Assembly: GCA_001244265.2 (NCBI GenBank)
Contig: CDLV01000007.1
Coordinates: 2,232,001 to 2,296,000 of the forward strand
Source: Microbotryum violaceum
Taxonomy: Eukaryota
Direction of reading: 5' to 3'
Length of the DNA: 64,000 nucleotides
In this document: in pieces, positions 38,850 through 56,777 of the stretch
Position numbering within the stretch: the first letter of the stretch is position 1
Layout: each line of letters opens with the position of its first letter
Notes under the pieces: generated by a model
Databases searched by the model: none
Told to the model about the DNA's origin: nothing
What the model saw: only the letters and a program-made list of their open reading frames with translations
Made by a program: the position numbers and the translations under genes

Positions 38850-39628
38850 TTTCGCGCTATCTTTGTCTGATCACTTTGCACTTTACCAATTGAAACCCTG
38901 TAAAAACATTAGGTGAACTTGGAAGCTTTCGCACAGAGCGGAAGACCCGGGCTCAAAAGCATGTACGTGAACGGAACCAAGAAGTTCCGTTGAAGAACTC
39001 CCAGTTGGGGGGAGGGGGGCGCCGGAGTATTACCGACGGTGATGACCTTGTAGCAGTAAGCTACACATTCGTCGCATCTGACCCATCCAGCGGTCTCGAA
39101 AATTTTCCGACGACTGAAATATTCTTTGACCGCACTTTGAGCTGTTTCATCTAGAGTAGGAGGCGAGAGAGGGATCGGCGCCGGGATGCGAAGAGAAGAG
39201 AATGTCAGTTTGATTGCATATGTTCTGTGGATCTGAGAACTCTCTTGTCACTTGTCGCGGCCACAACACACTCGGGACGCCTGCGGCTGCCGCATTCCGA
39301 GCATGCCATGCCCCCTATCGGGGTTTGGCTACACACTCGACAGCCATCTCGCGCTGTCGAGCACGGACAAGTTCCTTGTACATATTCCGCGCATAACTTT
39401 CTCCTGGTGCACCTGCATTAGGTGCCTCGCAGAAAGAGCCAACTGGTAAAATCCGCCGATCGTCACAGATGTCACTTCCACGGCTAATTTTGTGGCATGC
39501 TAAATTCTGATACACGGCCCGGCGGTGCGGCGGGCAAGGCCAACCTAGGGCTGGTCGGCCTTTCACCGTGACATCGCACCAGTGCGATCTCCGAGCAGGA
39601 GGAACTTGTATTCAATGTCGTGCGTCAT
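38850..39628 (-). other. Possible divergent or decayed small-GTPase-like gene
   Basis: Spliced reading MTHDIEYKFLLLGDRT|VG..., later ETAQ...RPLDG and VITVGNT. These loosely resemble the G1, G3 and G4 regions, but key residues are missing. Confidence 0.3.
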
Positions 39629-39811
39629 CACTCTATCTTCTTGGAGCTTTTCTTCGTTGTGTTTTTTAAAATTCAGAATACATTTCACGGTGGTGATCTG
39701 GGATAAAGTGCCGGGAGCGCACGGTGCCGGCCAGGATCGATGTACATGCGAGTCGCACGCAGCTCGATGACAGATAACAGATCGGAATTAGGTTAATCGC
39801 GCGAATAGCAG

Positions 39812-40158
39812 GGCACTTTGGTCCCGAGGATGGCAACTCTGGTCCCACATCGGAGGTGACTCTGGTCCCACATCGGAGGCGACTTTGGGATCACATCGGA
39901 GCGGACTTTGGGATCACATCGGTGCGGACTTTGGGATCACATCCGAGGTCATTCTTGTACCACGTTCATGGGGACTTTGGTACCACATAGTGTAGAGGCC
40001 TGTATCTCTTGCAACATGTGATGTATCACTCTGGGGAATGTAGTATGATGCATGTACAGGTCTATAGTAGTTCTGGCGGGTGAGACGAGGCGGACAATGC
40101 AGTACTTGCTACATCGGGGTTCTTCCCCGCTGTGCCGCTCCGCGCCCGTGTCAGCGGT
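39812..40158 (+). repeat. Left terminal inverted repeat with 23-bp tandem subrepeats
   Basis: Units ACT(C/T)TGG(TCC/GAT)CACATCGGAG.. start at 39836, 39859, 39882, 39905, 39928, 39951 and 39974. The region matches the reverse complement of 49857-50160. Confidence 0.93.
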
Positions 40159-40659
40159 TAAACCTTACGCCGATCGTCACGAGGCAGCAAGCGTAGCTTG
40201 CAATAAATATCATAGGGTGGAGCAAATGTTTTTTTCTTGCTGACTAGAATACTTATGCGGTAATGGCATAATCACTACATGGGTGCTGTAGTGTTCCTTA
40301 GGCCTGCAATCGTTAGCACCCTTATTCGAGAAAATTCAAACATTCGGCGAAAGCCCTGGGGCCGCGCCAAAACTCGCAGGCACTCGTCGTTTGACGGGCT
40401 ACACCGGCAAACTCACGAATGCCCCTGAAAGCAGCTCCTTTCCTCAGAGCTTCACACGCTCACTGGTCTTTCCCCCCACTCTCTCTTTCTTCTTACACAT
40501 AACCAGTGGGAACCCGTTAAATTAACGGGAGGATGAAATCCAAAAAATAGCAGGATAATCGAACAGTCTACATGATAACAGCGCAGAGGTTAAGACAATA
40601 CGAAATACAGCAAAGAAACAAAATCTATTCATCTTACATTCATCGCCGAAACAGCCTGC

Positions 40660-42258
40660 GTGTCGCTTGTTGCCGGACTTGGCTTCAAACACTCGTGCGA
40701 TGAGATCCGGACGGTTGCATGCGCTATCGGCCCCAGTGCAGCCTTGGTTTCCGGTGAGTCGGGGTCGTACGTCATCGTGATCAGCAGCGGAGACTTTTCC
40801 TCTTTGACAACACACGCCATCGCATCCTGGTATCGCTGCGTGATGTCGCGATTTGGTTCGGGGTCAAGCCGTTGATGCCTTGGGTCGTGGTGAGGCGTAG
40901 GTTCTCTTGATGCAATCGGATGTGTTGAGTCAATCGGTCTTGACTTGGGAGTACATCCGTAATTCACGAACTCCAGAAAGGGACGTTGGGTGCAATGCGG
41001 GATTGAGATGTACTCGTCGCGTTTGGCAAGTGGTGCGCAAAGAATTGTGAACGCGAGACTCACCACCTCGACCCCTTTACTTGACCTTCGTCCTAGGTGT
41101 TCAAAAGATCAATGTCAGTCTGTGCTTGCGCCTTCGGCAGAATGGAACATCAGAGAAAGAGCCGAAGACGCGTACGTTCGCCATCACCATCCTCTTCGTC
41201 CCCTTCCTCGCCGTCTTCATCCTCATCGTCGCGGTCTTCGTCCTCCTGTTCGTCTTCGTCATCCAGACCGAGACCGGCAAGTACCTCGCGCAATTGGACA
41301 CCATTGTCGATCTGCTCTCAGTTTCTGGCGATTGGCGGCCTGGCTTGGTGGAACCCCGCAAAGAGGAATGTTGGGGTGGAAGCCATCTTCCCCTGCAGGA
41401 AAAAGTAGTGGGTAACGGAGAGGCATCGCGGACGGATGGAGCGAGCTAACGATTTGGTACTTGGGCCGACCATCGGGACATCGATCACCGTGCACCTGGA
41501 GAATAAGGTCTTGCGGTCCACGATCTCCCGTGTTGGTGTCGGAATCGCAGATAAGCATCGCCATTCCGGTGCTTGACGTAGGAAGGTTGTGGGTGCGTCG
41601 GTCCCGGCCTGGCGGGAGGCAGAGGCGCAGGATCCACTCTTTGGCCGTATCCCAACCTGCGCGAGCTTTGGCCGATGCAAACTCTCTCACAAAGCGATTG
41701 CCGGTGCGCAGAATGGACTCGAGCTTGGTCAAAGTAGATCGTTGCATGCGACTGTCTGCGCCGTCGGGTCCAAGTCGAGTGTCGGTGGCCTCGGCCGGGT
41801 CGATCAGCCATGTTTGAGCAAAGGTTGGGCGTTGAGTCACGGCAGGGATCAGGGCGCCGAGTCGATGGTAGAGGCGACCAAACACGCGAAACACGGGGGG
41901 TCCTAGTTCCCAGTGCCGAGCCTTGCAGTGGGTGCACACGGCCGTCTGCGGGCCGAGGTCGTCGCGGATCGAAACGTGGGCTTGAGGGGTTTCAGCGCGA
42001 TTCGAGCCCGGCGCACTCGCCTTTGCGGAGGTGGTGGTGAGGCGAGCCCAGCGTCGAGTTGGCCATCGCGCTGACCACGCTGTCCGTTGTGCACAGCTGC
42101 ACGGCGGGCTCGTATACGTGTCGCAATGCCAAGATCGGTTGAATTGTTGTCATGACACGCCGGGGGGCTGATTCTGTTGATCGGTGCGGGGCGAAGAGGA
42201 GGGTCGAGCCGCGGTACGGCGCTATCCTCGCGCCCTGGCGACCTTGGGACCGGGGCAT
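40660..42258 (-). pseudogene. Helitron Rep/helicase N-terminal fragment (frameshifted, internally deleted)
   Basis: CTHCKARHWE, GPPVFRVFGRLYHRLGALIP, FAQTWLID, PLRYPLLFPAGEDGFH, QRYQDAMA..LLITMTYDPDSPE and RPDLIARVF. These are characteristic Helitron Rep N-terminal motifs split over several frames. Confidence 0.88.
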
Positions 42259-42903
42259 TACACAGTAGCGAAGGTTTGTTCTTGAATGAGTGTCACTAAA
42301 ATTGGATGAGAGTGAGAGGGAGAAAGGAAAGGTTCGAGGGAGTGGCGCAGGATTATTTACGTGGTTTGATTTGTTGTTCAGCCCCTAATGCCGCTGGTCG
42401 ACTGCCGGAATGACACTCCACCGCCGGCGCACCGCATCACGTGACAAACGCCAGCCCTCGCCTCGCACGTCAGGCAGAGCTCTGCTGTAGAAGCAATATC
42501 ATGCAAAGCCACGCGCTTGCGGTTCATTAAATGCAATATGAGTGAAAGCATTGTTTTATGTGAGCGAAAAAAAGAAGGAAAATACTGGGAGCGCTGTAGC
42601 TTCGTTGGAACGGCGCGGAAAATACAAAAGTCACCACAGCGCTTGTACATGACTTCTGATCGGAACATGGACACCACAGGCAGGTGCGGCAGACACAACA
42701 GTATGCTGATACATCCACCACAGGCGGCCCAGAGGGCCGCAACCTAGTTAAAAACAGCGATTTTAGGTACATTCCTTAACTCACTTTTTTTTTACTAGTT
42801 AGGGTCAAGTCCTCACGTAAACACTCCTCCCTATCTTAGTCGCGCGGAAATACTGTGCATCTCGAGCAAACGACACCCAGTGAAGGGTTTACCTTCAAGG
42901 TAG

Positions 42904-49657
<6,754 letters not shown>

Positions 49658-49856
49658 ATATCGTTCAACTGCAATGATCATACAAGCAAAAGTCCGCCGA
49701 TGTCGAAGCGTGACTTATTAGAATCTGTATCTTCGCTCGATCTCTATAAACTGTTCTTCATGGATGAGAGAAGCGAGGGACCGGTGCCAATTCTGGTCTA
49801 ATCCGAGTCGGCGCAATCACGTTGGTGAGTGTCGGCCTTGGCGGTTCGGGCGCCGG

Positions 49857-50179
49857 ACCGCTGACACCACGGGCGCGGAGAGGCCAGGCGGGGCAGAATA
49901 TCGATGTAGTAGCTACTGCTTCGTCCGCTTCGTCTCACCGGCCAGAAGTACTATAGACCTATACATGCATCAAACTACTGTTCCCAGAGTGATACATCAC
50001 ATATTGCAAGAGATACAGGCCTCTACACTATGTGGTACCAAAGTTCCCATGAACGTGGTACAAGAATGATTTCGGATGTGATCCCAAAGTCCGCACCGAT
50101 GTGATCCCAAAGTCCGCTCCGATGTGATCCCAAAGTCGCCTCCGATGTGGGACCAGAGTTGGACGTGGGCCCAAAAGCC
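49857..50179 (-). repeat. Right terminal inverted repeat
   Basis: Reverse complement of the left TIR, with one fewer 23-bp unit. Confidence 0.93.
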
Positions 50180-50430
50180 GACCTTATGTGAGCCCAGAGT
50201 GACGAGCGAGTAGAGCGGTTATGTGTGCGTGCGATAACAGATTGACTATCTCGGCAGCTGTTCGGCCTTCGCACTCGGCGATTGATGCATTGATGAGCGC
50301 GCCTGGCGACGACGGCGGTTGTTTGTCGCGCACTTGACTTCGTTCCCCCCACACCCCTCCTTCAGCCATCGCCCACTGTCGTCGACCCTGCCATCGACTT
50401 GATCCTTGACCACTTCCCGAGTACAGCCGC

Positions 50431-52137
50431 ATGTCGTCGATGACCGGGACCTCGGTCACGAGCGCCGCGCCGAGCCGTCGCACGCGCATCTACCTACTGG
50501 AGGACGTGCGCAAGCATCGCTCGAGCAAGGACTGCTGGGTCGTGCATGACAACAAGGTCTATGACGTAAGTTTGTCTGTGGATCGCCAACCTGGCTTTTT
50601 TGGGGTCGTTCGTGGGCTGAGCCGAGGTTGCACTGCCTAAACATTGAATCATCAAACGCCACCGCCGCCACCGCCGCCACCGCCGCCACCGCTGCCACCG
50701 CCGCCACCGCGATCGCCGTAACCGCTGCCGCTGCCGCTCCCGTCCCCGACGCGTTGCAATCGCGGCCGTCTCCGCGCTCACGCCGAAAACACACCCAACC
50801 GCCTCTACAATGACCGGCGCATCCATTCCACCCCATTAGGTCACTGCCTTCCTCGAAGATCACCCGGGTGGAGACGATCTGATCCTCAACTACGCCGGCA
50901 AGGACATCACCTCCATTATGGCCGACCCCGTCGAGCACGAGCACTCCGATTCGGCCTACGAACTTTTGCAGCAGTACCAACTCGGCGTCATCGGTGCAGA
51001 GGAACGCATCACCAACGAGGACTTTGTCTGGAACGAGAAGTTCGAACCTCAGGACACGGACACGTCGCAGGATTGGCAAAAGAACCAGTTTTTGGATCTT
51101 CAGCGACCTTTGGTCATGCAGATGCTGCGAAGCGATTTCTCCAAGTCCTTTTATCTTCAACAGGTTCATCAACCTAGGTCAGCAAAGCCAAGACCGTGCG
51201 ATGCCGTACACCACTGAACACTGATCAACATCTAACCGCGCAGACACATGTCGGAACCGGCGACCTTGTTCGGCCCGTGGTACCTCGAGATGTTGACCCG
51301 AACATCGTGGTACGTCGTCCCTATCGTATGGACGCCGATCACGCTCTACTTCCTCCACTGCGCGTGGATGCAACAGCCCGTCGCGCTCGACTTCTCGACA
51401 AGAGCGACCCGCCTCGGCCTGTCGTTCTTGTTTGGCAACTTTGCGTGGACTGTGAGTCGGCGTTGGCCGCTCTCTGTCACGGGTCATAAAGAACTGATGA
51501 GTGGAGGACTGATTTCCACAGATCCTCGAATACACATTGCATCGGTTCCTCTTCCACATGGAGGCCGTCCTGCCCGACCACCCGTTTGCCTTGACGCTTC
51601 ATTTCCTCCTCCATGGCATTCATCACTACCTTCCCGTGAGTCAGAATCATCTCAAGAATTATTAGCGCGATACACCAACGACTGCATGTCTCTCTTCTTT
51701 AGATGGATCGCCTGCGCCTCGTCATGCCCCCGATCCTATTCGCCGCCCTTTCGTACCCCTTCATCCGCCTCGCCCATTTCATCTTCCCGCACAACATTGC
51801 TTACGGAATAATCGCGGGAGCGTATACGTTCTATATAGGCTACGACCTGTTACATGTAAGTCAGCTGCAGCCGGGGGGGGGCAATTCGTTGACGTTCCAC
51901 CCCCCCTCCATAGACTGATCATCTCCCCGAATTCTTGCTCTCTCGCAGTACTTTATGCACCACGCCAAGCTTCCCCGCGTTTTGAAAGCACAAAAGAGTT
52001 GGCACATGGAACACCATTACAAGGAACCGAATCTCGGCTACGGCGTCACGTCGCCGTTCTGGGATATGGTCTTTGACACCGTCTTCGATGCTAAAGCGAG
52101 GAGGATGGAAGGGGCCAAGATGAATGCCGAACTTTGA
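50431..52137 (+). CDS. SCS7: Sphingolipid/ceramide fatty-acid alpha-hydroxylase Scs7 (cytochrome b5 fusion)
   Basis: b5 domain DCWVVHDNKVYD|VTAFLEDHPGG, FLDLQRPL, YLQQVHQPR, and His boxes EYTLHRFLFH, HFLLHGIHH and HMEHHYK. Confidence 0.95.
50657..50737 (+). repeat. (GCCACCGCC)n microsatellite in SCS7 intron 1
   Basis: Directly visible. Confidence 0.85.
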
Positions 52138-52752
52138 TGCAAAGCCGGTGCTATAGCTCATAGATGCGTTGTTTCGAGTATGTGTATTTTGGAGCTATCT
52201 TTCGTCCTTCGCAATGTCTTCTCTTTTTCTTTCTCTTGCTGTTGAAGAATCCTTGATCGTCTTCGACACTCCTTTGTTCTTCATTCTTTTTTACCTAGAT
52301 ACATGGGCACAGAACAGGAATAATAATACTTAACCCTATCTCTCAACTCCTCACTCATCGACGTATGAGCAAATACACAGCTTTACCGAGAAGACAGGTA
52401 CCATCCCATCGTGATCGTGGAAGATGAATGGAGAGAAAAGAAAACACTGCTTTGCCTTTGAAAAATTCCTCATACTTTTTACTACTAACACTACTTGACT
52501 TCTTTGATTCCGGAAGAAGAGGGGGGGGGGAAGGTACAACTCGACGGTTTGTCGGGGTAAACCTGGGAATCGATCATCACTGATCGTTAAAAGGAAGGAA
52601 AACGGACTGGGGGGAGGGGGCTGCTTGGTCGGGTTTGCGAGTGGACATGAATAAACGATAAAGGAACGAATGAAACGGGTACTGTTGGGTTGGGAGAAAG
52701 AAAAGAATGCGAAATGTAGATTACTGCGATAATTGAACTGATGGGGGTTGCG

Positions 52753-54878
52753 TCACAGCATCATGTTCTGTGAACAACCGAAAAAAAGTAGCGCGGTCAG
52801 GATTTTCATTCCTGATATGTCGACTCGAGATGGCGTATCCCGCGAAAAGACTGATCCTCACTCCTTCGGCTCCAAGTCACGCTCTGCACTTACCGAATCG
52901 TTCAAGTTTGTCACGATGATATGATTCTCCACCGAGGCCAAGACGACCTTCATCGCGTGGGTATCCGTCGCGCAAGTGAAATGGGCGTAGATCGTTTTTC
53001 GACATCTACGAGGACAAGGGGAAGGTATCAGCTGATAAGCGGGATCCAAAACGTGGCGAATTGGACCTACAATGATTTGAAGATGCTGAGCACTACTCGA
53101 GAGCAGGGATTGCGTGTGGGGTGGGGAGCAAAAGTGTAGATATTGAGGGTTGGGATCAGGAAATGTACGTGTGGCGCGAGTGCACAGGTTGGAACGTACT
53201 GTATTGTTGCACTTCCACAAGGGTATTTCTCCCTCGGTAGTCCGGAAATGAGTCTGAGAATAGAGTGTGCTGCAGCTTGCTTTCGAGGAGATCGATCTTG
53301 TTTAGGAAGAGGAGGAGACTGTGGGTGAGGACCCGGAGCGTTGGGGGTTCAGTCGGATGGGCTACGAGAAAAAAAATCAGTCACATAAGGGTCGAAACAC
53401 CTACCCTGATCTTATGAACCATCTGATAAGTCAAATACCCAGTATGAGGAAGAAGTTAGACTACTGCCACAACCCCTCTTTTCAACGCTGGGCTCGGTGT
53501 CCCAGCAGGACGTACCTTGAGTTGGAGATGGATTCGAACAAGACACACGCCTCGGAGACCCGATTTATTGTCTCGTCCTCTCGTAGTGTTTGATTAAATT
53601 CGGAGATAGCAACGACGAAGAAGACGATGTTGACGTCTTCGAAACAATGGATCCTGTTCGACGCACCCGAGAAGTGGTCAGCCGGCGATCCAAGCCTTCT
53701 TCAGCTTAAGCTTAAGCGTCAAGCGACCAGATGCGTACCATTTCTTCCTTTCACTCCTCTGCCCACCCACATCAAAACACCTGAACGACAACCTTTCGGA
53801 CATTCGAAATTTGGCCTCCGTGATACCCGTCGTCCGAACGCGGGACCGAAGGATGTCGGCGTCGGATGGGAGATAGCCGGGGGCCCCTATCCGGGGAGCG
53901 GCGGCGAAGAAACTGTGCGCGTCGCGAGGGAATCAGGTGGAGAGTCAGGTTTGGAGGCCTGTGAAATATGGGATAGACTTTGAGATAGAGAATCACTATT
54001 GTGCAGAGTCGTTGAGTTGAAATCGATGGGATTGAGCCACACATGCCCTCACGGCCGGCTCGTTCCAGAGTGATATCAAGCCATCGCGCAATTCGGGGTG
54101 CAGATTCCCCCGATCATCCATCACATCTGACATGAAAAATCGAGCAAATCAGTAAGATCGCCATTCGGAGATAATGATCATCGCCGCTCACTTACCCGGT
54201 TGGATGTCCAATCGTCTAAAATGATCAGCAAAGGAAGTGTTGCGCGACGAGGACAAAGGCAAGCCCAGGTCTTCTAGCGCCAGAACGACGACCTGATCGT
54301 CGCATCGCCGAACAACGGCGCGTCCGCCGAGAACAAAAAGCAAAGAGGCATACACCCGTGAGCTTCTCCACAGTACATCTGACCCTGAGGGTTCGCTGAT
54401 AGGTTTATCATACCTGCATGCTTTGAACGGCGTTCGAGTAAATGATCTCGCGGTAGGCATGCCTCTCCGCGTTCGAATGGGTACCTACACTAAGGAGCGC
54501 CATCTGCTTGAGGACTGTCGATTTCCCAGATTCGCCGGCTCCTAGGAGGAGACCTATAGATGCCGCACCAAATTTCATCGAAATGCTATGTTCATCAGTA
54601 TATATGGCCATTGAAGCATTGCGAACCACCAGAAGGACATGTCTCAGTACCGCCGCGCCGGTTGTCGGGCCGCGATCGGCCGAGCAACGCTGAACTCACA
54701 TTTCACTTCGCGACTTCCGAAGCGAAGTCATGTCAAAACCACAGGTCAGAACCACACGAGGAGACAGGGTAGTACAGCTCGTAACCATCGCTCACCTCGC
54801 CAAAACCTTCTCCCTTGATAACATGTCATCGATCTCCCGGTTGCGGATCTGCTCCGGCGAGGACTGCGAGCAGCCCAT
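52753..54878 (-). CDS. Heterotrimeric G-protein alpha subunit (many small exons)
   Basis: [17 protein letters not shown] (N-acylation-type start), [57 protein letters not shown] and HFTCATDT. Predicted end NLNDS|NMML*. Confidence 0.9.
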
Positions 54879-56623
54879 CGAAGCACGTCGGAGTTAGAGA
54901 GCGTTTCCGCGTGTGGGCTTAGGACTTTTCGTCGAATTGGTATCGAAGAAGATTTCGTCACGACTTTTTGCACTCGATGATGAGGATAGATGGTGGAAAG
55001 AGGATGGAGGAGGGTCTCCCTATCTCCTCAAATGTCCACCGAGTTGTAAAGGCAACGATGAAGGCCGAGCGAAGAAAGAAGTCCGGGGCGCTGTCACTGT
55101 CGGAGGCAAGCGACGAGAAAGGCAAGACAATGATGGATTTGACAACGAGACGGGCAATTGCGCTAGCAGCGCGGGCGGCACTCAGTGCGGGTGTCTCAGT
55201 TCAGCTCATGTGCGAAAGGCGACAATGAAATTTCTTCCGGCTGTTACGAGTTTTGTCTTGTAGGCAGAACTCCAATTTTACGCGGCTGTCGAACATTTGA
55301 GAATTGCGATGACCGCCGCCGCGTGCCACGGTCACCTTGGCGGAGCCCCCACTGCCAGCCTGCAGCTGGACAAAGGCGACGTGCCGGGGCGTGACTCCGT
55401 CGGCAATGGGGCGCGGGGCGTCAACTGCCATTGTTGGATTTCGGGCTCGCTCACGTGCTCGAGTCCCCGCGGTGACGCAGGACAAAGGGACGATCGGCAT
55501 CGCCGAGTGATCGCCTACGATAGGTCTCAGTGCGCGATGAAGATCGCTGACATAGACATCAAGCGTCGTTATTCTTACATTACTACTTGTCCAAGTTCAA
55601 TGTATGATTCGAAGACACAACTCTCGGGACCACCACGCGTCCGGGTCGTACGAGTCAGACAACAGCGCGCGCGTGCGAAAATTCAATTCTGGCTTCCAGT
55701 TACCCGGAGGCCTCGGACTTCTTGCGGTACATACTACTGTTCTGCTAGTGATAGTTAGGTATTGCTCTACACAGAAGCCTGCTACCGCGAGATATTTTGT
55801 TGCGTCTATATCCTAGTGGGTCACCGCAGGCATAATCTTCGGTAGGTGGGGGCCCCTGACTTTGCGACCGTGATGGCTGACTTCTCATGGCATCTCTGGA
55901 GATTCTGAGTAGAGGACGCTATTCACAAAGGCTACCAGGAGCTACCCTCTTGGTTGTGAGCTGCTATATCAAGTATTATAGAGACCTGGAATCCGAGGGC
56001 ATTTTTGTCCTTTTGAGAAGGGCATTTATGTCCTCATGAAAAGAAGCGAGGGCATTTTTGTTCCGACCTGACTAAGGCTCCTTCCACCTGTTCCCCCTTG
56101 CCCCCGGCAATCAGCTCTTTCCTTCCCCCCCCCCCTCTTCCTCCATTCTTCCTAACGGGTCTAAACTGGAGTCCAACTTGGGGCGTCGGCGTTTGCAGCG
56201 GGCGGGAAGTCGCAGCGATGAGTGAGCTATGTGAGGTGATCGCCCCGCGACGAGAAGAGCCGTTAATTGCTCGCTACCCAAGGCAAACCACCTAACAGGC
56301 TGGAGTGATTCATCACAGCCAGATGGTTAGTCAGGCAGTCGAATCCCACGTTACTAGACCCCTATCGAGTGTTCACACCTCGCGTTACCCGTAGTTCGGA
56401 TCAGCGGTCGTGTTTTCTTGAGAAACTCAGCAGCTATAGCGTTCTAGAAAATTCGGCACGAGTCCAGCTCTCAGCCTTATTCGGAGGGCTTCCATGGTAC
56501 ATGAACAGTCCGGGGTTCGCAGTTGGCTATGAGTGTTAGAAACGATCTCGTTTAAGCAACTCGTTTTCCTTGGAACATGATCTCGCTTGGAATCTGGCCG
56601 GCAGACTCGCAAGTTTCAGCGTT

Positions 56624-56635
56624 GCCGGCGCCGGC
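56624..56635. promoter_or_regulatory. Candidate Leu3-type site GCCGGNNCCGGC upstream of ILV3
   Basis: GCCGGCGCCGGC lies ~140 bp upstream of the ATG and is followed by an AATAAAAA TATA-like stretch. Confidence 0.4.
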
Positions 56636-56777
56636 GCCAATAAAAAGGAGGCTCAATGAGGCTCCACCAGAAGTCTGGCGCAGCGCGCGAGAACGACGGT
56701 TTGACCTCGACGAGACCTCTTAGCTTGTGCCTTATCTCATCGACGACTTTATTTGACGCAGCATCATCCACTCCGGC

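Noticed and set aside
39836-39996. CRISPR-like regularly spaced repeats
   Set aside because: The units are contiguous 23-mers with no unique spacers, are mirrored at 50030-50160 as a transposon TIR, and sit in a eukaryotic context with no cas genes.
52858-54629. G-alpha pseudogene (fragmentary ORFs)
   Set aside because: The fragments join through canonical introns with all G motifs intact, so it is treated as a functional gene.
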